Of a DNA stretch of 54,106 nucleotides, positions 1-9,245 are shown one piece after another. Each line of letters begins with the position of its first letter. Position 1 is the stretch's first letter. Both the position numbers and the translations under genes were made by a program. The DNA comes from an uncultured virus (IMG/VR IMGVR_UViG_3300025727_000005) (Duplodnaviria > Heunggongvirae > Uroviricota > Caudoviricetes): the IMG/VR virus record IMGVR_UViG_3300025727_000005; one strand, given 5' to 3'. The notes beneath the pieces are model-generated. The model saw nothing but the letters and a program-made list of their open reading frames with translations, made no database searches and was not told where the DNA came from.

Positions 1-541
1 CATCACAGTCATAATTCTCTCCAACATAATGGTCGAGTCTATGTCTATTCATAGGTTCTATCCATAGGAACCAGGTATCTCCATCGTCACTTAGATCCAT
101 ACCACTCATACGACTGCCATTCGGGGTCCTTGATCTAATCAAGAAATCGTATACCTCTTGAGCTGTCGGTAGTTGTTCTTCAACTGTAGGTCGAGATCGA
201 GGTGTTGATCTAGTAGGTGTTGGTTGTCGAACAGCTCTTGCACTTGGAACAGAGGGTTGTCTACCTGTTGGGTTGGATCTAAATGAGTCAGCCAAGTCAG
301 ATGCGTTGTTTCTGTGCATCATCTTTCTGATGTTTTTTAGATCACGATCACTAAGATCTCCACCGTCTTTGAGGATCTGAAGGTATCCTCCAAGTTCAAT
401 GACCATTCTCGTGTCAGTTCGGTTTTGAGCTATGAAACCCCTAAGAACTTCATAAGCCTCTGTCTTAGTAGTCGCTTGTTTTTCAAGCCTTGCAATCCTC
501 ATCTCAAGACTTCTGATTATTTCTGAGGCTGATCTTCTCAT
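1..541 (-). CDS. Leader-cassette protein (MRRSASEIIRSLEMRIARLEKQA...), 3' end beyond window; absent from ORF track
   Basis: Manual translation from ATG at 541 is open to position 1; GGAG RBS upstream; same N-terminal leader as other cassette genes; Pro/Arg-rich middle region. Confidence 0.85.
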   Translation of the reverse strand, partial: MRRSASEIIRSLEMRIARLEKQATTKTEAYEVLRGFIAQNRTDTRMVIELGGYLQILKDGGDLSDRDLKNIRKMMHRNNASDLADSFRSNPTGRQPSVPSARAVRQPTPTRSTPRSRPTVEEQLPTAQEVYDFLIRSRTPNGSRMSGMDLSDDGDTWFLWIEPMNRHRLDHYVGENYDCD

Positions 542-594
542 AAGTGTTCTCCATTGATTTAGGTTAGTTAAGATCTAGTATAATGAAACTATTA
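473..594 (-). repeat. Cassette head copy A (promoter box + UTR + leader codons)
   Basis: Sense: TAATAGTTTCATTATA...AACCTAAATCAATGGAGAACACTT-ATGAGAAGATCAGCCTCAGAAATA...CTTGAAAAACAAGCG. Confidence 0.85.
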
Positions 595-1494
595 AAAGCG
601 ATCTCTATCAAAAGAATCGCTATCAAAGTCTGCAATCACATCATATTCAATTTGAGCAACGACAATAACAGTTAAATATCTGTCATCATCTCGAAAGATG
701 TCTCTAACTTCATAATCATACTCGATCACTTCGATTTGAGAGATGTTATGATAGCTAGGGAGTCTCTGTTTTATCTCATATTCAACTTCACCAAAAGCTA
801 AGTCAATTTCTTCTGATCCCATATTTCTCAAGATGTTGTTCTCAATGTTCTTAGTGAGAGCATCACACAAGATTTTAGTAGATTTATCTTCTGGAGGATA
901 GAAGTCATCTAAGTTCATCTTAGCTAGTTTCTCAAGGTCTTTTAAGTCAACTTTGAGCTTCATCTTGGTCTTTGATCCTACGACACCCGAAACTGTGTCC
1001 AATTCGGGATAAGCTGGATTGCTAGGGTGTAGCATAGAGTTTGATTCAACTTCGATCTCACCTTTCATAAGTTTTTCATTCTTATTGATGACTTCACCAT
1101 CAAGAATAGAAGCAGACAAAGCATGGAGGAAATGATTTGCTTGTCGATCAGAAACACCTGGCATCATTGCTTGAACAGACTTTAATCCTGTACCTGCTTG
1201 TTTCAGACTCGCATTACGATAACTCGATGTTATCCGATCTGCATCACGATCTGACAGATACATATCTGTATCCCGATCATAATACTTGCCTGCTTTCGGG
1301 TCGTAGTAAAGAACTTCACCACCTTTAAACATGAAAGGCCCTTCAAGACCTTGATTGGAAAGATCTGTGTACCGATCACGATCAAGACGGGGCAGACGAT
1401 GTTTAGCCATCATTTCTTCATGGTGTCTCTTTGCAGAGGATCTCTTCTCAAGGTTCGCAATACGCACCTCAAGATTTCTGATTGTATCTTTCAT
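592..1494 (-). CDS. Leader-cassette protein with shortened leader (MKDTIRNLEVRIANLEKRS); aromatic YYDP/YYD repeat segment, internal ASLKQA motif, acidic C-terminus
   Basis: ORF track 592..1506; start moved to ATG 1494 behind AAATGGAGATACTA RBS; UTR shares GATCATTAACC with other heads. Confidence 0.8.
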   Translation of the reverse strand: MKDTIRNLEVRIANLEKRSSAKRHHEEMMAKHRLPRLDRDRYTDLSNQGLEGPFMFKGGEVLYYDPKAGKYYDRDTDMYLSDRDADRITSSYRNASLKQAGTGLKSVQAMMPGVSDRQANHFLHALSASILDGEVINKNEKLMKGEIEVESNSMLHPSNPAYPELDTVSGVVGSKTKMKLKVDLKDLEKLAKMNLDDFYPPEDKSTKILCDALTKNIENNILRNMGSEEIDLAFGEVEYEIKQRLPSYHNISQIEVIEYDYEVRDIFRDDDRYLTVIVVAQIEYDVIADFDSDSFDRDRF

Positions 1495-1538
1495 TAGTAT
1501 CTCCATTTATTTGGTAGGGTTAATGATCTAAAATTTGA

Positions 1539-2654
1539 CTATCTAAGAGAGACTGCTTCCATTTTATAAGTCAAATAAGTGATTGCAGGGTATCGACTCG
1601 CTGTCTTACCCTCTACCATCTCATCATATTCGTCAGTATTAACCACCCAGCGATACATCGCTTTCTCTAAGAGAGCTAAAAACCCTGTTATGATGAGTGG
1701 TGCAAAACTACCTATGTTTTGTTTTAGATAATCCTTAACCTGATCTGCATTTAAACTGATCGGTTGGTATTGAGATATTGGAGTCTCTATCGTTGTATGC
1801 TCAATTTGAAGGAAGTTATTATCTGAAGCAGGGATAGCGTCTAATGTAAGATCTCCTTTTGACATTGCTACTTCCATTTTTTTAGCAAGGTCTTGGGCTT
1901 CTTCTATCGTGGGGAGCTGTGTGGTCGGAGGAACTTCTTGAACAATACGAACCCTTGTATTTTGACTCAAAGCGGTATACTCAGTCATATCTGCTAAAGT
2001 GGTTCTTAACCCAGAGGCTTGGACAATCAAACGAGCTAACATCACAATGATCGTGGTCACTACTGTGCCTTTTAAAGCCATTATCCCCACTACCCCTATG
2101 AGAGATGTGAAAAAACGATAAAGTACCTTAGAATACCTTTTAAGAGCGTTCATGAATATCTTAAAGCTATCCCCTTCACTAATCTTCTTAGGGTTAAGGA
2201 TATGCTTAAAGTCTGAATACCATGAAAGGTATGCACTTTTCATCCTCGTTTGGTTTTCGCCCACATACTTTTTAACAAGGTCTTTTAAAGGAATCTTTTT
2301 ATCCTCTGCCTTACCCCCTGTGAAGATAGATTTCAAAGGGTCTGAAGGATTAAAGGAAACGATCTTAGGTAAGCCAGCTCTTGTGGTTGTCACACCTGCC
2401 ATAGCTCTAAAAATCCTTGAACCCAACAACGCCCCTAAAGAGTCGTTAATCTTGGATTTATTTCCCTCAACTTCAAGATTGACCGTATTGTATATGTCAG
2501 CAAATCCATTGATGATCTTCTTAACAATGTTCTTAGGGATATTAACAAGACCTTTAAATGTACTTGAAATATCATCTATGAACCCTGCTTGACGCTCTAA
2601 GTTTGCGACTCTAATTTCAAGCTCTCTTATGGTTTCACTGGCAGATCTTCTCAT
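1539..2654 (-). CDS. Leader-cassette protein with long hydrophobic segments (putative membrane-inserting virion protein)
   Basis: MRRSASETIRELEIRVANLERQA leader; hydrophobic stretches FFTSLIGVVGIMALKGTVVTTIIVMLARLIV and IGSFAPLIITGFLALL. Confidence 0.8.
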   Translation of the reverse strand: MRRSASETIRELEIRVANLERQAGFIDDISSTFKGLVNIPKNIVKKIINGFADIYNTVNLEVEGNKSKINDSLGALLGSRIFRAMAGVTTTRAGLPKIVSFNPSDPLKSIFTGGKAEDKKIPLKDLVKKYVGENQTRMKSAYLSWYSDFKHILNPKKISEGDSFKIFMNALKRYSKVLYRFFTSLIGVVGIMALKGTVVTTIIVMLARLIVQASGLRTTLADMTEYTALSQNTRVRIVQEVPPTTQLPTIEEAQDLAKKMEVAMSKGDLTLDAIPASDNNFLQIEHTTIETPISQYQPISLNADQVKDYLKQNIGSFAPLIITGFLALLEKAMYRWVVNTDEYDEMVEGKTASRYPAITYLTYKMEAVSLR

Positions 2655-2715
2655 AAGATTTCTCCATTTGATTTAAGGTTAATGAGATCACTTATGAGAA
2701 CCTATAAAGAGATTA
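2586..2715 (-). repeat. Cassette head copy C
   Basis: Sense: TAATCTCTTTATAGGTTCTCATAAGTGATCTCATTAACCTTAAATCAAATGGAGAAATCTT-ATGAGAAGATCTGCCAGTGAA... Confidence 0.9.
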
Positions 2716-3147
2716 CAAATCTATCACCACACAAAGACCAGAGCTAGGGTACTTCCTTTTAAGAGAATCCCACACCCTCATGGCTTGGTCGCTAGTAGAA
2801 CCCGATATGCTACATTTTTCGGGTATGATGACAAAGGGTTTCCTCACCCTTTTCGACCAACCCTCTATGAGCCTTTGATAAATCTCTGACCCGATTCTCT
2901 TGCCATGATAGTCTTTACTAAGACTAACCACAGTTACTTCAAGAATTCGTATCTCCTCACCCTCCATGACTTGAGGGTATTCATAACTGATGTCAATGAG
3001 GTCATCAGAACAGTGGTAGGTATGTACTACTTCCATCATAGAGATAGAGTCTCCATAAGCCCTAGCAAGCCCGATGACATTACCTTGATCTTTAACCTCT
3101 ACAAAAACAGAGGTTGGTGTGGTTTTGACAGAGAACTCTAACATCAT
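2713..3147 (-). CDS. GNAT-family acetyltransferase-like protein
   Basis: Motif A-like LSKDYHGKRIGSEIY and A.RVW..L C-terminal helix; paralogous to both halves of 30867..31862. Confidence 0.6.
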   Translation of the reverse strand: MMLEFSVKTTPTSVFVEVKDQGNVIGLARAYGDSISMMEVVHTYHCSDDLIDISYEYPQVMEGEEIRILEVTVVSLSKDYHGKRIGSEIYQRLIEGWSKRVRKPFVIIPEKCSISGSTSDQAMRVWDSLKRKYPSSGLCVVIDL

Positions 3148-3148
3148 C

Positions 3149-3709
3149 TTAGTATTTGAGATCTAGTCCGAGTTTGCCATCCGTACCTGGTACTTTACAG
3201 CAGATACCTACGACTGTTGGGTCAACACCTAAATTGGCGTTAAGATTAGCGTCTGGGTCATTACATAACAACCCATTTTCGCTTATTTTGAGAGGGTCAT
3301 TAAGGTTATATGTAATAGGGCCAGCGTTGCGAACGCCATTAACTGCTAAGGCTGTTGTTTCAAACTCTTTGAACAGAACTCTAGCACCCCCATTAATGAG
3401 AGTCAGAACAGCCGCACCCGAAGCTGAAGCTAATGCACCCGTGTTCTGATAGGATGTGAAGTTTCTGTATGTGGATTGTCTAGCGTCAGCGTAGTTTTCT
3501 GATCCATAGAGAACGAAACCCGCTACATATTGACCATTGGATTTTTCAACGGTAAATTCAGCCACGCTATTTTCGTTTTCTACATAGTGAACCCAAGTGC
3601 CACCTTTCCAACCTGTTTGACGCATGATCTGTCCTGCGGTGCAAGGTGTTTTATCGCCATTTTTTAAGACATCAATGTCATCCATAGTTAAATTAAGATC
3701 TATTGACAT
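3149..3709 (-). CDS. Putative virion structural protein (head decoration/cement-like)
   Basis: 186 aa, Gly-rich and beta-rich; C-terminal YNLNDPLKISENGLL...VVGIC...LGLDL pattern resembles capsid cement proteins; downstream of class-L promoter box. Confidence 0.4.
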   Translation of the reverse strand: MSIDLNLTMDDIDVLKNGDKTPCTAGQIMRQTGWKGGTWVHYVENENSVAEFTVEKSNGQYVAGFVLYGSENYADARQSTYRNFTSYQNTGALASASGAAVLTLINGGARVLFKEFETTALAVNGVRNAGPITYNLNDPLKISENGLLCNDPDANLNANLGVDPTVVGICCKVPGTDGKLGLDLKY

Positions 3710-4212
3710 TAGACTTCACCTTTGTCTTTTTTATCTTGTAAGACCTTCTTGACTGCTTTAGCCATTTCTTTCTTGTCTAAGTGTCTTTCAACAACCTTCT
3801 TTACAAGATCCTTTTTCACCTCAGATTTGGTCTGTACTTTGGGTGTAGGGGGTTTAGCTTTAGCTAACTCATCAAATGAATTAGGTACACCCTTAATCGG
3901 TTCTTCTGTTTTCACAATGAACTGATTGAGGGTACTGAACTCTTTACCTCCAGGTCTCTTGACGATCTCATCGGGAGGAGGGGGTGCAATCACAGATTCG
4001 CTTTGGATGAGATCGTCATCTTTTTTCATCTCACCCGACTGTATCGCTTTTTCGGCTGTGTCTACTTTGTTTGTGATAGCTTTCGACTCTGCTAAGTTCC
4101 TCACTGATCTTTTGGTTGGGTTGTCAAAGAAAACAGACTCGGCTGACTGTGCCTGTTCAAGCTCTGCTACTCTCCTCATCAATGAGGCTATTTTATATCT
4201 AAGATTGCTCAT
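3709..4212 (-). CDS. Hypothetical protein with divergent leader-like N-terminus (LRYKIASLMRRVAELEQA)
   Basis: ORF track; AAGGAG RBS; perfect class-L box upstream; Lys-rich C-terminus. Confidence 0.75.
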   Translation of the reverse strand: MSNLRYKIASLMRRVAELEQAQSAESVFFDNPTKRSVRNLAESKAITNKVDTAEKAIQSGEMKKDDDLIQSESVIAPPPPDEIVKRPGGKEFSTLNQFIVKTEEPIKGVPNSFDELAKAKPPTPKVQTKSEVKKDLVKKVVERHLDKKEMAKAVKKVLQDKKDKGEV

Positions 4213-4245
4213 ACTAAACTCCTTGAGGCTTTAGTGTACGCAATT

Positions 4246-4261
4246 TATAAATAAACTATTA
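4246..4261 (-). promoter_or_regulatory. Class-L (putative late) promoter box TAATAGTTTATTTATA
   Basis: Identical to copies at 12023-12038, 17852-17867 and 18337-18352. Confidence 0.7.
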
Positions 4262-4413
4262 CTTTTTACCTATAGCGTGGGGAATCAAAACTTTTTAGAT
4301 TCAACTCTATTTCCTGTTTAGGGGCTAAGTTAGGGTCTTGAGTAAACTCGTGCCACAGGTTGATCTTGACCCATGTCGGGTATATGATTAAGGGTCATAC
4401 GGTATTCGACAGG

Positions 4414-5040
4414 CTAGAGGGTGCTACGAAGCCTAATGTTCGCTCGAATATCCCAGTAGGCTTTAGAGATCTCCATTTGAGCCTCATACTCCTCTTGGGT
4501 CATGGAGGTCTCTGTGCCACCACTCAAGTTGTTGTAGTTAGCGTGTAGAGCGTTAGGGGTGATGGGAGGTGCTTCCATATTGTCGTCCTCACTTGCGTTG
4601 ATGCTCACAAGTTCCCAGTTATCGGGAGACAACTCCATGATATTATCTCCATCTTGGGCGAGAGCCACACTATTATAAAACACCAAGTCCACAACCTTTG
4701 CGACAGGCTTAAAAGAACGCACGACCTCCCGAAAGGGTCGGGGATCTTCCCCCTCGACTCGACTGCGAAACCCCTCGATCACTTGCTCTCCCTCTCTGAT
4801 GAGAGTGATGGCACTGAAGAACTGATCCATTACTTGCTCCTCTGTAAGACGAGCGAGGATCACTCGTCCACCTTGATTATAAGAGGCAGGCTTGTAGCCT
4901 TCGGACAAGTTCTCCTCCTCGACCTTGTGGAGAAGGAGAGCGACCTCCTCAAAACTGAGGCTTGAGTGAGAGTAAGGACTCTCAGCTGTTTGGCGTTGGC
5001 AGAAAGGATTTACTGTAGCTGAGTTGATTGTGATGTTCAT
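4414..5040 (-). CDS. DUF3228-like protein
   Basis: Motifs EGYKP, PVAKVVDLVFY, WELVSINAS, PPITP, GGT and YW resemble DUF3228 as I recall it; GGAG RBS. Confidence 0.5.
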   Translation of the reverse strand: MNITINSATVNPFCQRQTAESPYSHSSLSFEEVALLLHKVEEENLSEGYKPASYNQGGRVILARLTEEQVMDQFFSAITLIREGEQVIEGFRSRVEGEDPRPFREVVRSFKPVAKVVDLVFYNSVALAQDGDNIMELSPDNWELVSINASEDDNMEAPPITPNALHANYNNLSGGTETSMTQEEYEAQMEISKAYWDIRANIRLRSTL

Positions 5041-5084
5041 CTTGTTCTCCCTTTCGTGGAGTTTGGTTGATGATGATGTTTTGT

Positions 5085-5101
5085 AATAAATAAAGGGTTA
5101 C
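5085..5101 (-). promoter_or_regulatory. Class-E promoter-like motif GTAACCCTTTATTTATT
   Basis: One of 8 related copies, 45 nt upstream of ATG 5040. Confidence 0.7.
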
Positions 5102-5123
5102 GACTTAGGACAACAACTTAGTT

Positions 5124-5288
5124 TTAGCCTAGCTCGTTCTCTTCAATCTCATGCTGAATCTCACATTGTGTGAAGCCGATAATCTCATTACGAGCCTTCT
5201 CTCGCATCTCTGCTATAGTGAAAGATTCACGAGTATGGAAAAGGAAAAGTCTTACTAGTGCGTTTATCTGTGTGATTGTGTATGTCAT
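5124..5288 (-). CDS. 54-aa hypothetical protein (MTYTITQINALVRLFLFHTRES...), below ORF-track cutoff
   Basis: Manual translation; CTCCCAATGGAGAACC RBS identical to that of 5507 gene; class-E motif upstream. Confidence 0.7.
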   Translation of the reverse strand: MTYTITQINALVRLFLFHTRESFTIAEMREKARNEIIGFTQCEIQHEIEENELG

Positions 5289-5348
5289 AGGGTTCTCCAT
5301 TGGGAGTAAGTTATTGAGGAGTGAATGTCAGCCCCTCTACACAACACT

Positions 5349-5365
5349 AATAAATAAGGGGTTAC
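5349..5365 (-). promoter_or_regulatory. Class-E motif GTAACCCCTTATTTATT
   Basis: Repeated motif upstream of 5288 start; divergent from the copy at 5441. Confidence 0.7.
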
Positions 5366-5440
5366 GGTTTGGTTTTTATTAAGTAAATCAAACACTTATG
5401 TCTGAAGATGGTTCTTACAGTTTGGGTTCAACAGATAAGC

Positions 5441-5457
5441 GTAACCCCTTATCTATG
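5441..5457 (+). promoter_or_regulatory. Class-E motif GTAACCCCTTATCTATG
   Basis: Repeated motif 50 nt upstream of ATG 5507. Confidence 0.7.
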
Positions 5458-5506
5458 TACCTAACATAAGGGCAACCAAGCCCAACACTCCCAATGGAGA
5501 ACCAAC

Positions 5507-6142
5507 ATGGACGCAACAACAATCCTTTATATAATCCTTAGTCTGCTTCGTGCAGACAACGCAACGAACTTGGACACCCCAGTGGTTCACAATCACTTGG
5601 TCGAGGTGAGCCAATCGATTGAAGCTCACGCTTCACGCACAGTACCTGCTGTGAGACTTATCTCGTTAGCATATAACGAGAGTCGCTTCGGCTATCGCCA
5701 TGTTCAAAAGGGTAAGTACCCTAAGTCAAGTTGGGGTGCTTGCGGTATATACCAACAAGTAGTGAAATACAGCAAGATTAAAACTACCTGTAAGAAACTA
5801 GGGACTGATGTTGATCATGCGACACAGGCGGCTGTGGCTTACCTCTCCTACATGATTGATCGTTGGTCAATCCGAGGTAGTAGTCGTATGGACGAGCGTA
5901 TGTGTCATTATTTCAGTGGTAATGACTGCGATGACAATAAAGATGGGAAGTTGAACCTTAAAGATGACGCTATGCAATACGCATCACGACATCGTAAGAT
6001 ACGCTTAAAGGCTCATAAACTACGCTCTAAGGCTAGTAGGTCTTTGAAACCACGCACTACTACTCGCAGAGCTAGAAAAGCTCGTAAGATCACATTAGAG
6101 AGCCTTTTCGCAGGTGTTCGCAAAAAGTCCCGTGAAGACTAG
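5507..6142 (+). CDS. Lytic transglycosylase (SLT-like) domain protein with N-terminal hydrophobic segment and basic tail
   Basis: LAYNESRF (catalytic Glu-Ser), GACGIYQ and HYFSG match SLT motifs I-III. Confidence 0.6.
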   Translation: MDATTILYIILSLLRADNATNLDTPVVHNHLVEVSQSIEAHASRTVPAVRLISLAYNESRFGYRHVQKGKYPKSSWGACGIYQQVVKYSKIKTTCKKLGTDVDHATQAAVAYLSYMIDRWSIRGSSRMDERMCHYFSGNDCDDNKDGKLNLKDDAMQYASRHRKIRLKAHKLRSKASRSLKPRTTTRRARKARKITLESLFAGVRKKSRED

Positions 6143-6215
6143 ATATATGACGCAGGTATATTAACTGTTCTTTTGCTTTGGTTTGTAGACTGTTAAGAAC
6201 CTTAATCTAAAAGGC

Positions 6216-6635
6216 ATGAAGATGTATACGAAAAAAGTAGGATCACAGAGAGGGATGAAAAAGATTGAGGATTGGTATGGGGTCAATAAGAGCACCCCAG
6301 ATCAGTGGTTTCATCGTTGGGAGCAGTTCTTAGTATCGTTAATGTCCGAGTTGGGCTATCAGTGCGTGGGGAATGAGTCTGTAAAAAAGCCGAAGGGGAA
6401 GCATTGGTCTAAGACGATGAAGTTCACCCACTCTAGCCTAGACGATATTATCCTTTACCTTAGTCGTAATCGTAGACAGGAAGGTGGTAGTCTCTGCCTT
6501 GTGTATGATACCTACGAAGCTACTATTGAAACATTAAGTGATGAGGTTATGTCGAGGCAAAAAGTCGGGGGCCAGATCTTAGGTCATATCCGAGAGGGAT
6601 GGTCTAAGAGCAAAAATGTTAACCAAGAAGATTAA
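6216..6635 (+). CDS. Hypothetical protein, paralog of next gene
   Basis: VNKSTPDQWFHRWEQFL..ELGY vs VNKTTPFIWFEKYERFL..ELGF. Confidence 0.7.
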   Translation: MKMYTKKVGSQRGMKKIEDWYGVNKSTPDQWFHRWEQFLVSLMSELGYQCVGNESVKKPKGKHWSKTMKFTHSSLDDIILYLSRNRRQEGGSLCLVYDTYEATIETLSDEVMSRQKVGGQILGHIREGWSKSKNVNQED

Positions 6636-7020
6636 GGGCAAGAGAGTAATGAGAGTTCTCCCTGTGTGGAGATGCGTCAATAAAACCACCCCTTTTATCT
6701 GGTTTGAGAAATATGAAAGGTTCTTAACTGATCTAGGATATGAGCTTGGTTTTATCTCTATAGAGATCAGTGGAGTACAAACCATAAGCGATAGCTTCTA
6801 CCTCACGATGACTTTTCGCCATATTGAGGGTAAAACTTTTATGTTTATGCTCATGAGGAGCAAACAGTTTTTTGGTGGTGGGATAACACTCAAACAAGAC
6901 GGTGTGAAAACCGATTTCTTTATGACTGCTACTCCCTCACATGGGTCATTTCAAGAGTCTAGGACTGACATCGGGAACTGGTTTATTGAGCAGATCCGAG
7001 ACTCTTGGAGTTTATTCTAG
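6616..7020 (+). CDS. Hypothetical protein, paralog of previous gene
   Basis: Shared motifs with 6216..6635; true start may be slightly downstream. Confidence 0.7.
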   Translation: MLTKKIKGKRVMRVLPVWRCVNKTTPFIWFEKYERFLTDLGYELGFISIEISGVQTISDSFYLTMTFRHIEGKTFMFMLMRSKQFFGGGITLKQDGVKTDFFMTATPSHGSFQESRTDIGNWFIEQIRDSWSLF

Positions 7021-7593
7021 TCCAAACTTTTTACGAGATACTGGGAGAAATCCGAACCCAGGTGATATGGAGTCTCCTGTTGAGATTTGATTTCCCTTAT
7101 CATCGACTTTCATATTAAAGGTCGCCTTCTCTACAGTTCCTGGAGAAAAGGTAGCGACTTCTTCAATATGGTCAGCCCATGCGAGGAGATACCGACTACC
7201 TTCAAATGGTTCACCCTTAAAGTCGGTTCGTAGTCCATAAGCAAACACAGGTATTTCGAGCAAGTCAACGACCTTTGTTAGACCGAGAACTTGCTCACGA
7301 CTAAAGAACTGAGCTTCGTCAACAAAGACGACTTGGATACCCTCTGATCCGACATCTTTTCTGAAGATCACCTCTTGCATAATGAGGTTGTAGGGATCTT
7401 CACTTGTTCCGACTGTGGTAGCTTTCTGCTCAAAGCCGATCCTTGAGGCGACTTTTGATTTCCCATCCCGACCTTGTGCCACTTCTGGTACAAGGATACG
7501 AAACTCTATTTCTCGCTCTTTACAGGAATGTGCTCTCATGATGAGGTTAGCAGATTTACCTGCGTTGACAGTGGAGTAGATAAAGTTTAACAA
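7012..7593 (-). CDS. tdk: Thymidine kinase
   Basis: P-loop YSTVNAGKS, SRIG, VFVDEAQF, YGLRTDFKGEPFEGS. Confidence 0.95.
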   Translation of the reverse strand: MLNFIYSTVNAGKSANLIMRAHSCKEREIEFRILVPEVAQGRDGKSKVASRIGFEQKATTVGTSEDPYNLIMQEVIFRKDVGSEGIQVVFVDEAQFFSREQVLGLTKVVDLLEIPVFAYGLRTDFKGEPFEGSRYLLAWADHIEEVATFSPGTVEKATFNMKVDDKGNQISTGDSISPGFGFLPVSRKKFGLE

Positions 7594-8192
7594 GGTAATA
7601 AATCCTCTCGTTCAAGTAAGTAAGCGACCTTTTCACGCACCTGCTTTACATACTTATTAACGAGTCTAATTTCCCAACCATATTCACGACTGATATGGGC
7701 TTTCTTTAGTCCGTTTATAAGGGCATCATACACTTTGAGTAAAACTCCTGAAAAACTGGCTCTGATTTCTTCTGCGAAGATTGCGTCTGAGGGGTCTTCC
7801 TCATAAGACGCATTATATGAACAAGCCACATCCTCTTCCACACCAGGTACAAATCTATCACCCACACGATTAAATTTGTTCATGAAGTTCATGGTGATGC
7901 AATCAACCACCATAACAATATAAGTAGACAACGCAGATTTATCTGGGTCATAAGGACATGACCCTCTATTTCGGATGAGTAGCCCTTTGTATACCTCTTG
8001 TAGTACCTCTTCGGTATCGACTCCCGTTTTCATCAAATTCACCCCTTGTCTTTTGTAGAACAGCTTTTTGATGTCTTCTTTGTGTTTCCCTATATCAATA
8101 CCCAGTGCTTTTACTTTGAAAGTATATGAAAAAATAGTAGGTAATCCCTCTTGCCACTTATATTTGGGCGAGAGGTCAGTATAATCATACAT
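7587..8192 (-). CDS. ECF-type sigma-70-like factor
   Basis: Region-2-like DTEEVLQEVYKGLL...YDPDKSALSTYIVMVV; C-terminal region-4-like HTH (GLKKAHISREYGWEIRLVNKYVKQVREKV). Confidence 0.75.
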   Translation of the reverse strand: MYDYTDLSPKYKWQEGLPTIFSYTFKVKALGIDIGKHKEDIKKLFYKRQGVNLMKTGVDTEEVLQEVYKGLLIRNRGSCPYDPDKSALSTYIVMVVDCITMNFMNKFNRVGDRFVPGVEEDVACSYNASYEEDPSDAIFAEEIRASFSGVLLKVYDALINGLKKAHISREYGWEIRLVNKYVKQVREKVAYLLEREDLLPC

Positions 8193-8250
8193 TAAGCCCC
8201 CTTTGCGTTTGGTCGGTAGATGTACTCTTCATGTAGAAAGGTTGTTGTCA

Positions 8251-9237
8251 ATGAAAAAGACATTTCAAATCGAAATACTACATTGGGCTAAGACAAAGCA
8301 CAATGTAGACACTAAATATATACATAAATCTTTATCTGACAAGGATTTTAATAGTCTTTGCTTACTTTTGCACAAAAATAGGGGTATTGGCTCGGTGGTA
8401 GACACCAAAGAGATGGTGAGCGAGTACCTCAAAGAACATGGCATACAGTATATACCTCAATCTTTTAACGGGGTCGATGTAGATCTAAACTTCTTCTTCA
8501 ACACCCACCCTCTCCAAGAAGATGGCTCGATTGAAGTTGATCTGTACCATATACTCTTACATTCGTGGTGTAAACCGAGTAGGATAAACTACAGAATACT
8601 TAAAAAACATCTTAAAGAACTAGGGTATGGTTTAAAAACTTCATCTCCTACCTATTCTAATCACACAGAAAACTGCGTAGTTTCTCTTAAAACCAACTAC
8701 CCTTTAAGTTTACCAAAGACTCTGACACGCAATACCAAATCTATTAAGTGGTATGCAGAAGTACACCGTTGGATTTATTTGGAGTCCCCTAAAATCGAAC
8801 TGAATGGCGAAACCTATACTTTGAATAGTATAGGTGAGAGGTGGGAAGCGTACTTTACAAAGCGTTTAATCGATCTTTTTGTCATGTCTGAAACTCCTTA
8901 TCTACATAAGCACCCTCAAGTGAGAGGTGCTTACGAAAACGCCCCCCCTGTTCTTGCCCTGTGTGAACTGACACTTCGAGATGTTTTTAAGCCGACTAAG
9001 TTAAAAGACTGGGTAAATACAGCTTTAAGGACTTCTGACCTTGAGACTTACGGTAAAGAGTCGGAGGTAGATGAGGTCTTTTTAGATACTGTTTATGATG
9101 AGGTTTGTGGCAAACTATCTAAAACTATGATAAAAGGCAACCCCATTAAAAGTTTTGATGTCGTTGGGGGTTGGATTTCTATAATAGTGATTGCTTACCT
9201 CAATGATATTTTGAGTGAATACCGATCACTATTATAA
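8251..9237 (+). CDS. Hypothetical protein
   Basis: Long ORF (track start TTG 8203; ATG 8251 more likely); no recognised motif. Confidence 0.7.
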   Translation: MKKTFQIEILHWAKTKHNVDTKYIHKSLSDKDFNSLCLLLHKNRGIGSVVDTKEMVSEYLKEHGIQYIPQSFNGVDVDLNFFFNTHPLQEDGSIEVDLYHILLHSWCKPSRINYRILKKHLKELGYGLKTSSPTYSNHTENCVVSLKTNYPLSLPKTLTRNTKSIKWYAEVHRWIYLESPKIELNGETYTLNSIGERWEAYFTKRLIDLFVMSETPYLHKHPQVRGAYENAPPVLALCELTLRDVFKPTKLKDWVNTALRTSDLETYGKESEVDEVFLDTVYDEVCGKLSKTMIKGNPIKSFDVVGGWISIIVIAYLNDILSEYRSLL

Positions 9238-9245
9238 GGAACAAG

